64,000 nt of DNA from Eledone cirrhosa (Eukaryota): contig OZ024740.1 of NCBI GenBank assembly GCA_964016885.1, positions 150,598,001-150,662,000 on the forward strand, given 5' to 3'. Below, one piece after another: positions 26,880 through 40,869 of this stretch. The notes under the pieces were generated by a model. The model was not told where the DNA came from, searched no databases, and saw only the letters and a list, made by a program, of their open reading frames with translations. Each line of letters begins with the position of its first letter. Position 1 is the stretch's first letter. The position numbers and the translations under genes are program-made.

Positions 26880-29800
26880 TGTAAATTGATACATCTAACG
26901 GAATTGAGTGATACTACAAATACAGCCCTTGTAGACAACCACCCCACCTCCACTGACAGACAAAGAGAATGGCCATCTAAATCTAACAGTGAACAGCTCA
27001 CCAACAATTTTGCTGAAATCCATCCCACTTACACTGAAGAACAGCGAGAAAGGTCAGCTAACTCTAGTAGTAATTGTCACCACATCAACAACGTAGCTGA
27101 AATCCATAACTCTATTATACAAACAGAACACCAAAGTCTTGTGGACACCTTACAAGTGATATGGGATGATATGTTTCAAGAGATACACAGCCTTAATGTG
27201 AGTAACAGACCATACAACACCAGAATCAATAAAGAACCGACTAAATTGGAATTGGAAGCAGTGAACGGAATAGCTGACAATTATCTGAAGGCCACACGGT
27301 CCAAAGGTGTGGAAACGACATATAGTATGCTTAATATTTTGTTATGTTTCAGCTATCACATTGCTATCTTATAAACATCTAAAACCACGCAACCAAGATA
27401 CAAACAGAAAGCCTGAACCAGCGTGGATGCGTAATTAAAAAAAAAAAAATTTTGTCCCTGAGACGAAGTATCTCACAGTTCACTATAGTTATAAAATGCA
27501 ACATGGAGAGCAACTTCACACGACATCAGGAAGACGTAAGAAAAAAACTAGAGAGGCGATTTGGAGATACAATATTTAAAACTCTAAACGCCAAACGACA
27601 CCAGTTGAAACAACAACTCACAGCTGCATCAGAAAGACTAAAATATAAGTCAACAGCACATAAACGACGTATTAAATAGATTATTTGCCAGGGAACCTAA
27701 ATCAGTTTATCGGAGCTTCAATGAGAAAAGCTCAATCTGTATGGGAAACGAATGACAGATTTAACAAACAAACTAAATTGCTAAAAGAATTGGAACAGGA
27801 ATTCTGCCAGCATGTCCAGACAAAACAATAAGACAAAGATGGGTCAATACTGGAAACAGCTCTACAGAAGATGTCGAATAGGAAATCACCAGGCCCAGAC
27901 CTTATAACAGGATATTGGCTGAAGAATTTCACCTTCTATCGGCAAGATCTCATACGGCTATTTAGAGAAACTATCAAAGGCATACAAGAACTGCTCCAAT
28001 CGTTATCAACTGCATTACTCTCCTCATTCCCCAAAATAGCCAAACTACCCTTGCTAAAAATTACCGCCCAGTAGCTGGCCAGAACATCATGTATGAATTA
28101 TACACTGGGTGCCTTAATCTGTTCTTACAGGATCATTGTACCACCAACAACATTATAATATCTGAGCAAGCTGGTGGAAAGAAGGAGGTTTGGGGCTGCA
28201 TAGATCACCTACTAACAAATAAAATAATAGAGGAAAAACAGCAAAGAATCGCAGGAAAATAACTGTGGTGTGGCTGGACTATCAGAAGGCTTTTGATAGT
28301 GTACCTCATGGGTGGATTATGAAGGCCTTACAATTAGCCAAAGTCCCACAACCACTAGTAGTTGCTGTTGAACACCTGACCAAGAACTGGTACACCATTT
28401 TGATCCTTAGGGGTGATAAGAAGCAAATTAAGACTCATACAATACACTACCAACGAGGCATATTTCAGGGTGATAGCTTTGTCCTCTCACTAAACCCACT
28501 ATCATACCGGCTCACAAAACTGTGGTCATAGAAGTGGGTCCAGAAGTACCTCTCATATTTTCATTGTTGATGACCTGAAATTGTAGGGGCCAAATACCAA
28601 CTATATCAAAAAACAATTGGACCTCATTACATAATTTTCTGCAGACATCAGAATGAAATTTGCATATTTGACAGTAAAATGTGGAAGGGTTGAATCCTCA
28701 TCTGGAAATCTAGAGATAAACGGCTTGACAATACAACATCTACTGTCAGGTGGCAACTACAGATATCTTGGACAGGATGAGAACGTCAGATATAAATAAG
28801 GAGAGAACCAGTACTGAATACCCCAGGAGAGTAAAGAAAATATGATGATCAGAACTATCAGCGTACAACAAATACATTGGCCACAATACTTATGCTGTGC
28901 CAATCCTAACGCCAGCAATTGGCCTGCTGAACTGGTCATTGCAAGAACTAAGTGAGATAGATGTAAGAACTCGCAAGCTTCTCAGTGTTACTGGAAACTT
29001 TAACAATGGTGATGTGGATAGGCTATACTTCTCACGCAAGGAAGGTGGCCGGGGTCTAAAATCTATATTAACATCATACGAGACCCAGGTAGTAACACTG
29101 CAACAACATCTTCAACAGAAGAAAAAGTTCAGCAACCATCTTGCCCATGTTTAGGAGCATGCTTCTCTAAACTTAATATCATTAGGATAGCCACTGATCT
29201 GGAGGAGAGATATAGAATAAGGCCTGATATAAATCTCTCTCCCAGGGAAATTGGAAGATCCTATTCAATGTTCGAACAAGATAAAACAAATGAACCAATT
29301 TACAGAGAAAGTTGTGCATGGGTATCTGAGACGAAAAACACAGACCATAGAGCGGATAAATAATTCAAAAAGCCTGGCATGGCGTTCCGACGAATTTATG
29401 ACATCCCACCTTGAAGAATATCTCTATGCAATACAGGAACCATAAATCCTACCAAATATCTGCTACACAAAAGATGAGGGCCATCAGTCGATAATAAACG
29501 TAAGCTTTGTAAAACAGAGATCGAAAATGTTAGCCACATTGTTGCCAACTGCGAAAGAATATCGTCTCGCTACTACCTCCCCACGAGACACGATGTGATA
29601 GCTAGAACCATCTGGAACGCACTTAGGAAAACAAAATTAAAAACAAATGAGGAGAAATATGTTGAGATAAATAGCACTAAGGAATACTGGTGGAACCTGA
29701 AAATAAAAACTGCCACCAAATTAAAGCACAGCCGACCTGATATTGTTGTTTAGGACTACACATTGAAAACGTGCTCTGTTGTAGAGATCAGCTGCCCACT

Positions 29801-30090
29801 TGATGTCGACGTTGTAAGAAAAATACAAGAGAAGGAGGATTATCCACGGACCATTGATGAGGAGTTTGGAGATCCAGTATCCAAGATACACCTTCAGCTT
29901 CATACCTATCATTATTGGAGCTACATGTTATATACAACCCGCTTGTATATAACATGTAACTCCCTAATTCATAGACTAGAAATGTCTGCGATAGCTGGCA
30001 CCTTCAAAATACGCAAAGCTTTCTTGCGATTCAAGGGATGACAACCTTGCCACCAGGAAGGTGGCCGGTCAAAAATGTACTCTAAATTAA
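26880..30090 (+). mobile_element. R4/Dong-like non-LTR retrotransposon (RT plus restriction-like endonuclease), decayed
   Basis: RKSPGPDLITGYWLK, WLDYQKAFDSVPHGWI, RGIFQGDS, RLYFSRKEGGRGL, LCKT..ENVSHIVANC...RHD, RPDIVV...CSVVEISCP. Confidence 0.85.
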
Positions 30091-31129
30091 AAGAAAGAGA
30101 AACATGCATGCATACATACATACATACATACATACCAACACGCATACATATAATGATATCTACAGAATATTGGTAAGGAGATTTCAGTTCCAGTATCCAA
30201 GATACACGTTTAATCTCACACCGCTTTTTATTCGAGTTATGCCTATACTAAAGTGTGACTGAACTTGGATTCTTGGAGAAAGAACGCAGCGGCTTAATTC
30301 ATAAGCTATGCAAGGCGCCGATACAATATCTATAATACGCTCTTCAGAAACAAAATAGACTTGAAATTAAGAAAAAGAGATAAACACACACACACATACA
30401 CACATACACACACACATACATACATTCATGCATACAAACATACATACATACATTAATATAGAAAGTGAAACTCAAGTATTGTTATGGCGTCCAGTTGTTC
30501 AATGGATGTGAACATTTCATTGAAAATCATTGACAAAGAACATTTACAGAAAACTTCTTCAATACCGACAGCTTCTTACTCAGATTATAAATTCACGTTA
30601 GCATGCACAATGTTTAGCGCATGTTATATTATTAAGTGTTCATGTAACTGTCTGTAAATGCCGTATTTTTCAGACATTGAAAGAAAATTCGCATTCTTTA
30701 AATTCCATATGTGAGCGCAACAGTGAAAATCTGCAAGACTTTTAATCGTATAATTTTATAGAGTTCATGCATACGTTTCCTAGAAATTAACCATCTCGAC
30801 TTGGGATCGAGTACAACAATTGAAGAAGACGATGCTAACTAGAATGACTATGCAAGACCTTCCTAACATTCATTATAATTTTATCTAAAAAGTACCAGTA
30901 ATGCACTGGTAATTTGCTTGCCTTGTGCCTAAAGTAGAAACAATTATAATTTTATCTAAAAAGCATTTGTTTAAAATTTGCATTATTACCCCCTTCTTTA
31001 TATGGTAATTTTATGGAATAAAAACAAGTGACATATACACATACATATATTTATGCTGTTTATTTACATATTTGATCATAAACATTTACAATACTCATTA
31101 AACTGATTCTTCACTAAACTCTTAAATGG

Positions 31130-31330
31130 TTTCAAATTTTAGCATAAGGGCAGCAATTTTGCGGTGACGTAAAAGTTGATGATATCGAGATTAATACTTG
31201 ATTGGTACTTTGTTTTATCAACATCGGAAGGATGAAAGGAAAAGTTGACTGCGCCGAGATTTGAACTCAGAACATAAAGAGATGGACCAAATATTGCTAA
31301 GTATTTATCAGACGCTCTATCGACTCGGGA
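31130..31330 (-). mobile_element. Old SINE family A-related copy
   Basis: ggtactttgttttatc...ggaaggatgaaagg...atttgaactcagaac. Confidence 0.7.
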
Positions 31331-32166
31331 AATCCATACAATTTACATCTAAAATAATCTGTAACCTTTCATGGAACACCATATGTTAACTAATGTCTCT
31401 TGGTAACTTTCTTGACAAGTGACATGTGATTGGCATGGAATTTTCGAAGAAGCTATTTTCTAAAAGACATCATCTTCTTTGGAAATATCATCGTAATTGC
31501 CTGAGCATTTTAAAAGTAAAAAGCAGAAACAAATACTGTCAAATCTTTTGTTCAACATAATAACAATTCCATCAATACACCACTCTGGATGAAGGCTTTA
31601 TTTAATCGCTCACGGACTGATAAGAGTCAAAATTAAACTCAGTGGGATTTGAACTCAGAAGGCAAAGTGCCAGAACTAATTATGTAAGGCCTTTAAAAAT
31701 CACATCAATAAGCCGCTAGAGCCATGATTAAACTAAAAAAACAAACAAACAAACTACTAAGATTAGAAAGAGACGTTAGGTTGTGGAATAATACTCCACC
31801 TACCAGCATTGATCTAAATGATACTAAGATTACACGTGTCTATTGAATATTCACCCACTTACATGTTAATTTCATGAGCAGGCTGTAATACAATAACACG
31901 TCAACGAAAAGTTTCTACTTATAAAAGAGATAACCTACCCCGTTCTCAATATTGGTCGTGACGATTATACCTCTAATATGTACTACCGGTTGAAAGATTG
32001 TGGAAACATTTCTGATCTCGTGAAATCGAGAGAATGTGTTGGCCACGGTTCCCGCTACCCCAACAAAACATACCTACATACCTACATACCTACATATATA
32101 TATATGCATATATATATATATATATATGCATATATATATATATATATGCATATATATATATATATA

Positions 32167-32271
<105 letters not shown>

Positions 32272-33222
32272 GAACAAGTAAGACACCGACGGCTCGACGG
32301 CTAATTCTGTACTGAATGAAAATTTATTCTGGTATTTAAATAGCCGAACTTATCAAGGGGTACTTCCATATATGGTCAAAGAGATAATCACCAGGATTGG
32401 TCACATCACAAGTTAGTAGTAAATCTGTGATGGCAAGTTGGTGGGGGAAGGGGTAGCTAAACCTGCCGGTAGGAGAAGAAGGGGAGGGGGTGGAGTAGAC
32501 CCATTCATGCGTTGGTAGTGCCAGCTACAGCTGGGTGTGAGGTCAAAGAGGAGACTGGGGAGGGGGAGGAGGTCGAAACGGTAAGTAGAACAATAAAAGG
32601 TAAAACTATAAAAGGTACTGAGAGAGAAAAAAAAAAGCAAAATCTGGTTACTAAGACTTAAGTCTCTCGCTATTGCTAGGCTAAAGAAATACTTAAATAA
32701 ATAAATAAACAAATAAGTGAATAAAAGAATAGATAAATAAATAAAAAAAAATAATATATATATATATATATAATGTAGAATAAAAAAATAAATAATAATA
32801 ATAGAAATAAACTAGGTGGGAAGGAAATAAAGGGAAATTAAAAGAGGTATAAGTGCGTGTATCGTACGGTGACGGGTCACCAAAGGGGGGCCAGAATACT
32901 AAAGAGACTACCACGAAAATAAAAAAGGTTTCAACCCCAATCACAGGTCCAGCAACCACCCAGTGCAAGAAAGTAAACTAGTACGAGAATATAATTCAGG
33001 GCCCCGCAAAAAAATACTAGTGCTAACTCTAAGGGTACCGCCACGAAACAAAAAGTCTTATACAAGCTACATGAAAGATCGTACGAAATAAAAGTAAAGA
33101 ACGGAAAATTAATACAGGAAACCCCCCCCCCCAAAAAAAGGGGAAAAAGAAGAAAGAAATACTGGATAAACGAGAAATTAAAGCAAAGATGCCACTAAGA
33201 AATATAGAAGGCACGGAAAAAA

Positions 33223-34233
33223 GTGACAGCGGTCGGAGAGGGGGGCGAGTATCCGAAGTCTAACACCTCTGCTATAAAAAGCGGAGTCAGCCAAATCTAT
33301 CATAGAATCAACCTGCACTACATCCACCGCCGATCTAACCATCCGAGGAACATCACCAACAACCTGGTCAAAAACATCTCCCTCCGTATATCCCGTTTGT
33401 CAGCTAATGAGAAGATATTCGATGAACATGCGCCTTACTACAACCAGGCCCTTAAGCGGAGTGGTTTCCGGGAGGAAATATCCTACTGTCCAGATCCCAT
33501 TAGCGGAACCAGCAGGCGACACCGCCGCTCACGCAATGTAACATGGTTCAATCCTCCCCACAACGCCGAGGTGACAACTCCCATCGGGAAAATTTTCTTT
33601 ATGCTCATTGAAAAACACTTCCCACCACAACACTGCTACCACAACATAATTAACAAAAATACCATCAAACTCTCTTACAGCACTACACCTAACTTCGCAC
33701 AAAACATCGTCTCCTCCAACAACAAAAAACTCAACCCCGATGGAAGAAACAACCTAAATAGCAGTGGAGAACCGACCAGGAGGTGCAACTGTCCTGATAG
33801 ATCCAGTTGTCCTCTCGACAACAGATGCAGAGACCGTAATGTGATCTACCAGTGCAACGTGAGCACGGACACCTCCAACAAAGCTTATATAGGATTAACC
33901 GCATGCGACTTCAAGACCCGGCTATACCAACACAGACATACCTTCCGAAACCCGGCCCGGCGTCACGCCACTACACTTTCGGGCCACATATGGGACCTCA
34001 AGGACAACAACATCAACTATGATCTCACTTGGAAATTACTGTCCAGAGCCAACTCTTACACGGGAGGACGCCGTCCGTGCCATTTATGCTCGGAGGAAAC
34101 ATTACAAATGTTGTTTTCGACGGACCAACTCCTAAACAAGAAAGATGAACTGGTTACTGCATGTAAACACCGATTACGTAGGACTTACCTCGCCCTAAAA
34201 CCCCATAATGACACGGGGGGGGGGGGGGGGTAG
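33223..34233 (+). CDS. PLE RT thumb, linker and GIY-YIG endonuclease (RT core missing)
   Basis: SNHP...ISLRISRLS, WFNPP, CNC...CPL...C, VIYQC...AYIGLT..FKTRLYQH, CHLC.EE, LLNKK.E...CKH; open for 336 aa. Confidence 0.85.
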   Translation: MTAVGEGGEYPKSNTSAIKSGVSQIYHRINLHYIHRRSNHPRNITNNLVKNISLRISRLSANEKIFDEHAPYYNQALKRSGFREEISYCPDPISGTSRRHRRSRNVTWFNPPHNAEVTTPIGKIFFMLIEKHFPPQHCYHNIINKNTIKLSYSTTPNFAQNIVSSNNKKLNPDGRNNLNSSGEPTRRCNCPDRSSCPLDNRCRDRNVIYQCNVSTDTSNKAYIGLTACDFKTRLYQHRHTFRNPARRHATTLSGHIWDLKDNNINYDLTWKLLSRANSYTGGRRPCHLCSEETLQMLFSTDQLLNKKDELVTACKHRLRRTYLALKPHNDTGGGGG

Positions 34234-35169
34234 ACTAGGGCTATAACACCCCACTTGCCTATTTTGTAATGGGTAACCCCTGCTTGCCAATGGAGACGTA
34301 AGATCTTCTTTTACATTCTTTTATCGCTTCCTCTATATTTCCTCCTTCCCCCATCCCTCCCTAGTCCTTCTACCCCAGTTCCCTTTCTTTGTCGTCGTCC
34401 TGTATTAATTTTCCGTTCTTTACTTTTACTTCGTACGATCTTTCATGTAGCTTGTATAAGACTTTTTGTTTCGTGGCGGTACCCTTAGAGTTAGCACTAG
34501 TATTTTTTTGCGGGACCCTGAATTATATTCTCGTACTAGTTTACTTTCTTGCACTGGGTGGTTGCTGACCCTGTGATTGAGGTAGAAACCTTTTTTATTT
34601 TCGTGGTAGTCTCGTTAGTTTTCTGCCCCCCCCCCCCTTTGTTGACCCGTCACCGTACGATACACGCACTTATACCTCGTATAAGGGTCCCTTTATTTCC
34701 GTCCCACCTAGTTTATTTCTATTATTATTATTTATTTTTTTATCCTACATTATATATATATATATATATATTTTTTTTAAAATTTATTTATCTATTCTTT
34801 TATTCACTTATTTGTTTATTTATTTATTTATGTATTTCTTTAGCCTAGCAATAGCGAGAGACTTATGTCTTAGTAACCAGATTTTGCTTTTTTTTTTCTC
34901 TCTCAGTACCTTTTATACTTTTACCTTTCATTGTTCTACTTACCGTTTCGACATCCTCCCCCTCCCCCTCCCCAGTATCCTCTTTGACCTCACACCCAGC
35001 TGTAGCTGGCACTACCAACGCATGAATGGGTCTACTCTACCCCCGCTTCCTTCTTCTCCTACCGGCAGGTTTAGCTACCCCTTCCCCCACCAACTTGCCA
35101 TCACAGATTTACTACTAACTTGTGATGTGACCAATCCTGGTGATTATCTCTTTGACCATATATGGAAGT

Positions 35170-35263
35170 ACCCCTTGATAAGTTCGGCTATTTAAATACC
35201 AGAATAAATTTTCATTCAGTACAGAATTAGCCGTCGAAACGGCTTGAGCTCAGCCGTCGAGCT
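35170..35263 (+). ncRNA. Hammerhead ribozyme with U3-A8 core and long stem III (deleted mirror copy about 32284-32361 on -)
   Basis: acccc TTGATAA gttcggcta...tagccgtc GAAAC ggct tgagctc agcc GTC; the stem I partner ggtgt survives in the mirror copy. Confidence 0.65.
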
Positions 35264-35356
35264 CTTACTTGTTCCTATTACCCACTCTACTACCCTAAGT
35301 ATTGAGTACTTTGGTGCGTTATGGTCCACCTGGTTCCTTACCACATTTCCTCTTCG

Positions 35357-35440
<84 letters not shown>

Positions 35441-35452
35441 ATACATACATAC

Positions 35453-35506
<54 letters not shown>

Positions 35507-35547
35507 TAAATACATATATATATATATATATATATATATTAAATACA

Positions 35548-35587
<40 letters not shown>

Positions 35588-35661
35588 CATACATATATAT
35601 ATGTGTGCGTGTGCGTGTGCATGTGCGTGTGTGTGTGTGTGCATGCATATATATACATTAT

Positions 35662-35850
35662 GTCAGGTCGCTCTTTGGTGCTACTGGTAACATGTAACCC
35701 AGTACAACTTATCTCGCATGGTCGGATCGTTGGAGTTTAAACCGGCAACATGGCCAAGCTTACTTGGCGAGGGGAGGATTTTGGATAGCCTACGGGACGA
35801 AAAGCAAAATCGGATAAAGGGAGGAGGTACTCATAAGAGTCAACGGCCAT
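35662..35850 (+). mobile_element. About 188-bp structured repeat, probable RTE 5' UTR derivative (copy 1)
   Basis: gtcag...gtgctactggtaacatgtaacccagtac...aagagtcaacggccat; copies at 60449 and 63659. Confidence 0.65.
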
Positions 35851-35996
35851 TCAATAGTGTGTAAATATGTATATATATATATATACATATATATATACAT
35901 ATATGTATTAATTTTTAATTTTTAATTTATAATGAATTGGAGTGAAAGCAACTGGTGCGTGTGTTTCTTATTGGCAACATGACCCTCCCAAAGTAT

Positions 35997-36032
<36 letters not shown>

Positions 36033-36133
36033 TATATATATATATATATATATATATACAGTATATATATATATATATATATATTATATTGTGTGTGTGT
36101 GGGTATGTGTGGGATTGAGTGCGCGCTCGTCTG

Positions 36134-36199
<66 letters not shown>

Positions 36200-36529
36200 G
36201 AAAGTATAGAAATTATTGTGAGCGTGAAGCCAACAGTATTGCATTATATATATATATATATAACGGGGTCGATAAAATAAAGTACCAGTAATGTACTGGG
36301 TAATTGCTGGCCTTGTGCCTAAAGTAGAAACAATTATATATATATATATATATTTGATGAACAAATTTGAAAAAACTTTATTTATTTATTTTTTTTAAAC
36401 TAAAGGACAATTTAAAAACTTTTAAATAATTCTTTTTATATATAATAAAAAAAACAAAAACACTTTTAACATTTTAACATCACAGAAACAATACTCCATC
36501 TAATAAAGAATGCTGGGTTGGCGCTCCTA

Positions 36530-36680
36530 TACCACAAGATTGGATAGATGGTATCTTGGTGACATTGTTTAAAGGTAAAGTGGATAAAGGAATTTGCGAT
36601 CATTACCGTGGCATCACTCTGTTGGAATCCCTCTGCTAGAATATTGTTGAACAGGTTGATGGAAGACATTTGCCATAGTC
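36530..36680 (+). mobile_element. RTE RT fragment
   Basis: W.DG.LVTLFKGK.DK.ICDHYRGITLL...ARILLNRL. Confidence 0.6.
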
Positions 36681-37234
36681 ATCCCTGAATGACAAAATCT
36701 TTAGTTGGTCATCCAAACTGAATTATTATGGTCTGTGTTTACCGCAAGCGATTAACATATTGAGGTTTTATGCACTTGGTAACAAATTAGAGTTATAGCC
36801 ACTCCTGTTGATCTCCTATATAAATATATATATATATACACACAGACGCACACACAGACACAGACACAAACACAGACAGACAGACAGACACATACACACA
36901 CACACACAGACACATACACAGACACAAACAGACAGACAGACACACACATACACACACACACACAGACAGACACACACACATATATATGTGTGTGTGTATA
37001 TATATCCATGTATGCATGTATGTGTGTATAACGGCCGATGACCCTGGAGTTCTGTCTTTCGTTTGTATTTTTATTTTGTTTTTAAAACAATTTTGTACGG
37101 TTCCCCTTAAAAAACCGTTTTTTGTTTTAGCTTGTTTTCGTTCGTTGTCTTGTCCTCTCTGTCAATATTCTTACGTTTTTCATTAATAATCTGTGACGAA
37201 CGTGTTATCTCTTCTCCCCGCTTAATTTAAATGG

Positions 37235-37324
<90 letters not shown>

Positions 37325-37327
<3 letters not shown>

Positions 37328-40110
37328 GAAAAAGTAGAGAATAACATGGTCAACAGTACAAAAAAAGTGGATTTATTTGCAGTCTAACAATTGATTTACT
37401 GATAGAGTTGTCTAAAAATTGCTGAACACTAAAAACAGTGCCACTCAATTTTAAATACGATGTTAACTCTACTAGGTCATCGGAAACTGTTAAAAAAAAA
37501 TATATGTAACCGGCTAATTTACAAATTCAAATTACATCATCAATAATATTAAATAAAGATATAGAGAGAAAAGGAGGAAGAAAGTGGGATAGATACAGTA
37601 AATACAGAAAGGAAAGGAAGGAGAAAGAAGAAGAAGGAAAAAGAAAAAGAAAAAGAAAAAGAAAAAGAAAAAGAAAAAGAAAAAGAAAAAGAAAAAGAAA
37701 AAGAAAAAGAAAAAGAAAAAGAGAAATTATTGTAGATAGAAATATAAAGAGAGGAAGATATATAGATGATGGTATATAGATGAGAGACAAACATCAGTAA
37801 GAATAACGTAGAAATATAAAGAGAGGAAGATATATAGATGATGGTATATAGATGAGAGACAAACATAAGTAAGAATAACGTAGGATAGAGAGAAGAGAAG
37901 AATAGAGGGACAAATAGATAAATAAACGTTAATGCATGAATAAATGTTTAATAAAAATAAAAATAGATATATAAAAAATATATATGAAAAAATGGTGAAA
38001 ATAATATAATGTTAAATATATTTATGTGTGTATTGGTTATTTTAATAAATAAATTAATTAATTAGTTTTAAGTTATATTATATGATAAAATAAAATGACA
38101 GAGATGAAATAAATTTAGGTAAAGAAATATTAAGATAAAGTGTGAAAAGTAGAGATATATAAAATAAGAATGTAAATATAAGAGGTTTTGATGTTGTTTT
38201 TTGATAGATGATGACAATTATAATTATAATGATGATGATGTTGATAATGTAATATCATAATAGATCCAAGTACTACAATCTGGGTTATGGAATAGATAAG
38301 ATCGAATTAAGCTGGTCTAAAGTTCTCAAATTTAGTTGCTGTTTTTTTTCAATTTTACTGTTAAGAAGAATTTTGCTGTAATTTAAAATTTGGAAAAGTT
38401 CCATATTACAGAGACCACAGTGGGGCATACCAATTTGATAGGCCTTTGCTTTTTATAGCTTTGTCCAGCTGATTTTATATTCCATGTTTGCATCTTTAAG
38501 TTGCCAGATTTTATTGGCGAGAGTGGTTGTCTTTGAGAGATTCCTGTTAGTCATAGAGTGTCTATATACATACCACCTTTTCTTAAACTCCCCAGCTGTG
38601 GAACCAATGTAATGCCATGCTAAGCTACCTGAATTTATAGTACATAGGTATACTATATTTGTCTCTAGGCATCTGTTTTGTAAAGGGCATTTTTCAGGTA
38701 GATGGCAGTTACATTTAGATGCTTTCCTGTACGCCGGTTCTTCTATATGGTTTTGTAGGTTGTTATGTATGGGCTGAGAATTGGGTTTGTTGATGTATTG
38801 TGGTCATGTGCTCTGACGTGTGTATGGTTGTGATGATGTTATATACTTATGTTTTGTATTAGGTGTTATGGTACTTATTTGCGGGCCACTTGCATTATAA
38901 ATTCTTTTATAGTTAATTTTATGTATGTGCGATTCTATGTTGTTGGCAGTGGAGTATGATAGTTTGATAGTTTTTCTATTAAAGATTTTATGATATTTAT
39001 GAATTTTAGGGAAATGTTTGTCAACTAATTTGAAGAAAGTGTAAGATAGCTTAGTTTTTATAGAGGAGTTAAACATTGGATTGAACCATAAGTAGTTTCT
39101 ATTTCTGCATCTTCTATATTTATTAATGGTCTTTGTATTAGTATTCTGTTCCATTAATTTACGTGCTTGTTGCCAATTTTTATGTTTAGTCCTAGGTTTG
39201 TTGTTTCTATAAGTGTGGATGGTGCCATTAATATTAAGTGTGTTGTTATTTTGTGTATCTGGTATGTATTTGAGTCTCCCTTTATGGCCTGCCTTAAGTA
39301 AAGCTATGTTGTAGTAATTAGCGTGTTCATTAGAAATTTCTATGTTAGAAGATAGGCGCAATATTTTAAGGGATATACTATGTGCTATGGAGTTAATTAT
39401 GGATCGAGGGTGATTAGAGTTATAATCAATATAAGCTAAATTTTCATTATTTTTATGGAAGGGTTCTATTAGTCCTGAGTTAAGGTTGAGCGATACATCT
39501 AAGAAGTTAGCTTTTTTAGAGTTGGGTTCAAAAGTGATGTTAAGGCCTAAATTATTAAAAAATGTTCTAATCTTTTTCCTTAATCTTTCTAAATTTTGAT
39601 TATTTAAGTTTTTAGCTAAAAGTAGTGTATCGTCTCTATAGATTCCTCCTTGTAGGTTATCAAATTCTCTATGTAAGAAATATGCTATAAAAATTCCAAC
39701 AATGTCTATGATTTGGGCTGAATCATTTGATCCCATAATTATATCGAAGTTATTCTGTCTATTTTTTCGCTCCCAGTAACTATTGTCGAATTTAATGATT
39801 GTTCTTCTAGCAGCTAGTATTATTTTAATTTCGTCTGGTGAAAGGTCAGAGTTTTTTTTTGTGCAAATGATAGTGCCTTATTTAGGGAAACTGGGGAAAT
39901 AGAAGAGTAATAGTCATTTATGTCAAATTGTATAAAGTCGGAAGATTCTCTATTGTCTAATTTATTAAACCAATCTATTGCTTCATTTGTGTTACCCCAG
40001 AGCTTGATTATTAGTTGTTCTTTAATTTGTGATATTATTCTATCTAGTATAAACTTGCTAATTCTGCCTATATCTGATTTTGATGGACATATTAATCTAA
40101 TAGTAGGGTT
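37325..40110 (-). mobile_element. Penelope-like element, 5'-truncated, ending at (TA)n
   Basis: RT, GIY-YIG, an AT-rich 3' region, and a decayed HHR-like fold at 37380-37489 (CCGATGA...caattg.TA, stem I cagtt/gactg). Confidence 0.85.
38286..40110 (-). pseudogene. PLE reverse transcriptase and GIY-YIG endonuclease, disrupted
   Basis: PTIRLICPSKSDIGRISK, FIQFDINDYYSSI, MGSNDSAQI, GIYRDD, NFLDVSLNL, SNHP, WFNP; past the TGA at 38804 the same frame gives CNC..CPL..C..IVY...YIGST..FKKR...CGLC. Confidence 0.85.
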
Positions 40111-40239
40111 AAACTCGTCATCCACGTAAACCTCTAGTTGATTCGAGCAACGCCGTACGCTAAAACTATCCATAATATGAAGTATTCACAACCTCTAATT
40201 GGATTACCTCTAACGATATTTTGTTATCCTTTATATATA

Positions 40240-40390
40240 TAGAAGTAGTTCACCATAGTGAGAACAAATGTTTCCCCTTATGCGGATCTTCAGCTCGGAC
40301 TCAGACCGAGCTAACTACTTCTACCTAACTCGTCCCATGGATTGAGTACTCTACTACTACAGATATAACCCCCCGGTATTCTACTAATAA
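40240..40390 (+). mobile_element. Collapsed fold-back unit F
   Basis: tagaagtagtt/aactacttcta outer pair and agctcgg/ccgagct inner pair; tail contains attgagtac; TA on both sides. Confidence 0.6.
40260..40296 (-). ncRNA. Minimal hammerhead ribozyme
   Basis: On -: gag CTGAAGA tcc gcataa ggg GAAAC attt GTT ctc. Confidence 0.65.
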
Positions 40391-40869
40391 ATATATATAT
40401 ATATATATATAATTGAGTAAATGACAGGAGGCCAGACTGGTGAAATTCCTTCAAAGTTTTATCTCTCTGTGTATGTTTACAATTTATATTTTTCTATGTA
40501 CTTATTCTTGATTTTTACTCATCCTATACCTAAACTTAATTCACTAAACTGGACTCTGATTTTCTATACTGTATTTTTTTTTCTGAAACCACTTGTGTAC
40601 GCCTTGACCTTCATGTTATCTAGTAACCCATATACGATGCCACACGTCCCCGCAACAAGATATGTTACATTTCATTAACTACGTTTCTTAATCTTTCACA
40701 TATTTACCAACCATTGTCTATATATGATTATGTATCTATTTATCTATTTAATTATCCCCCCCCCCCCCTTGGGATTCACTCACCATATAACATCAAATAG
40801 GGTTCTCATATTATAATAATTACATAGAGACATAAGTAGGGTGTATATATATAATATATATATATATAT

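Noticed and set aside
38804-38806. In-frame TGA between PLE RT and EN as possible selenocysteine read-through (reported for some Naiad PLEs)
   Set aside because: It lies in a variable linker rather than at a conserved Cys, and the copy also has a TAA and a frameshift, so ordinary decay is the simpler explanation
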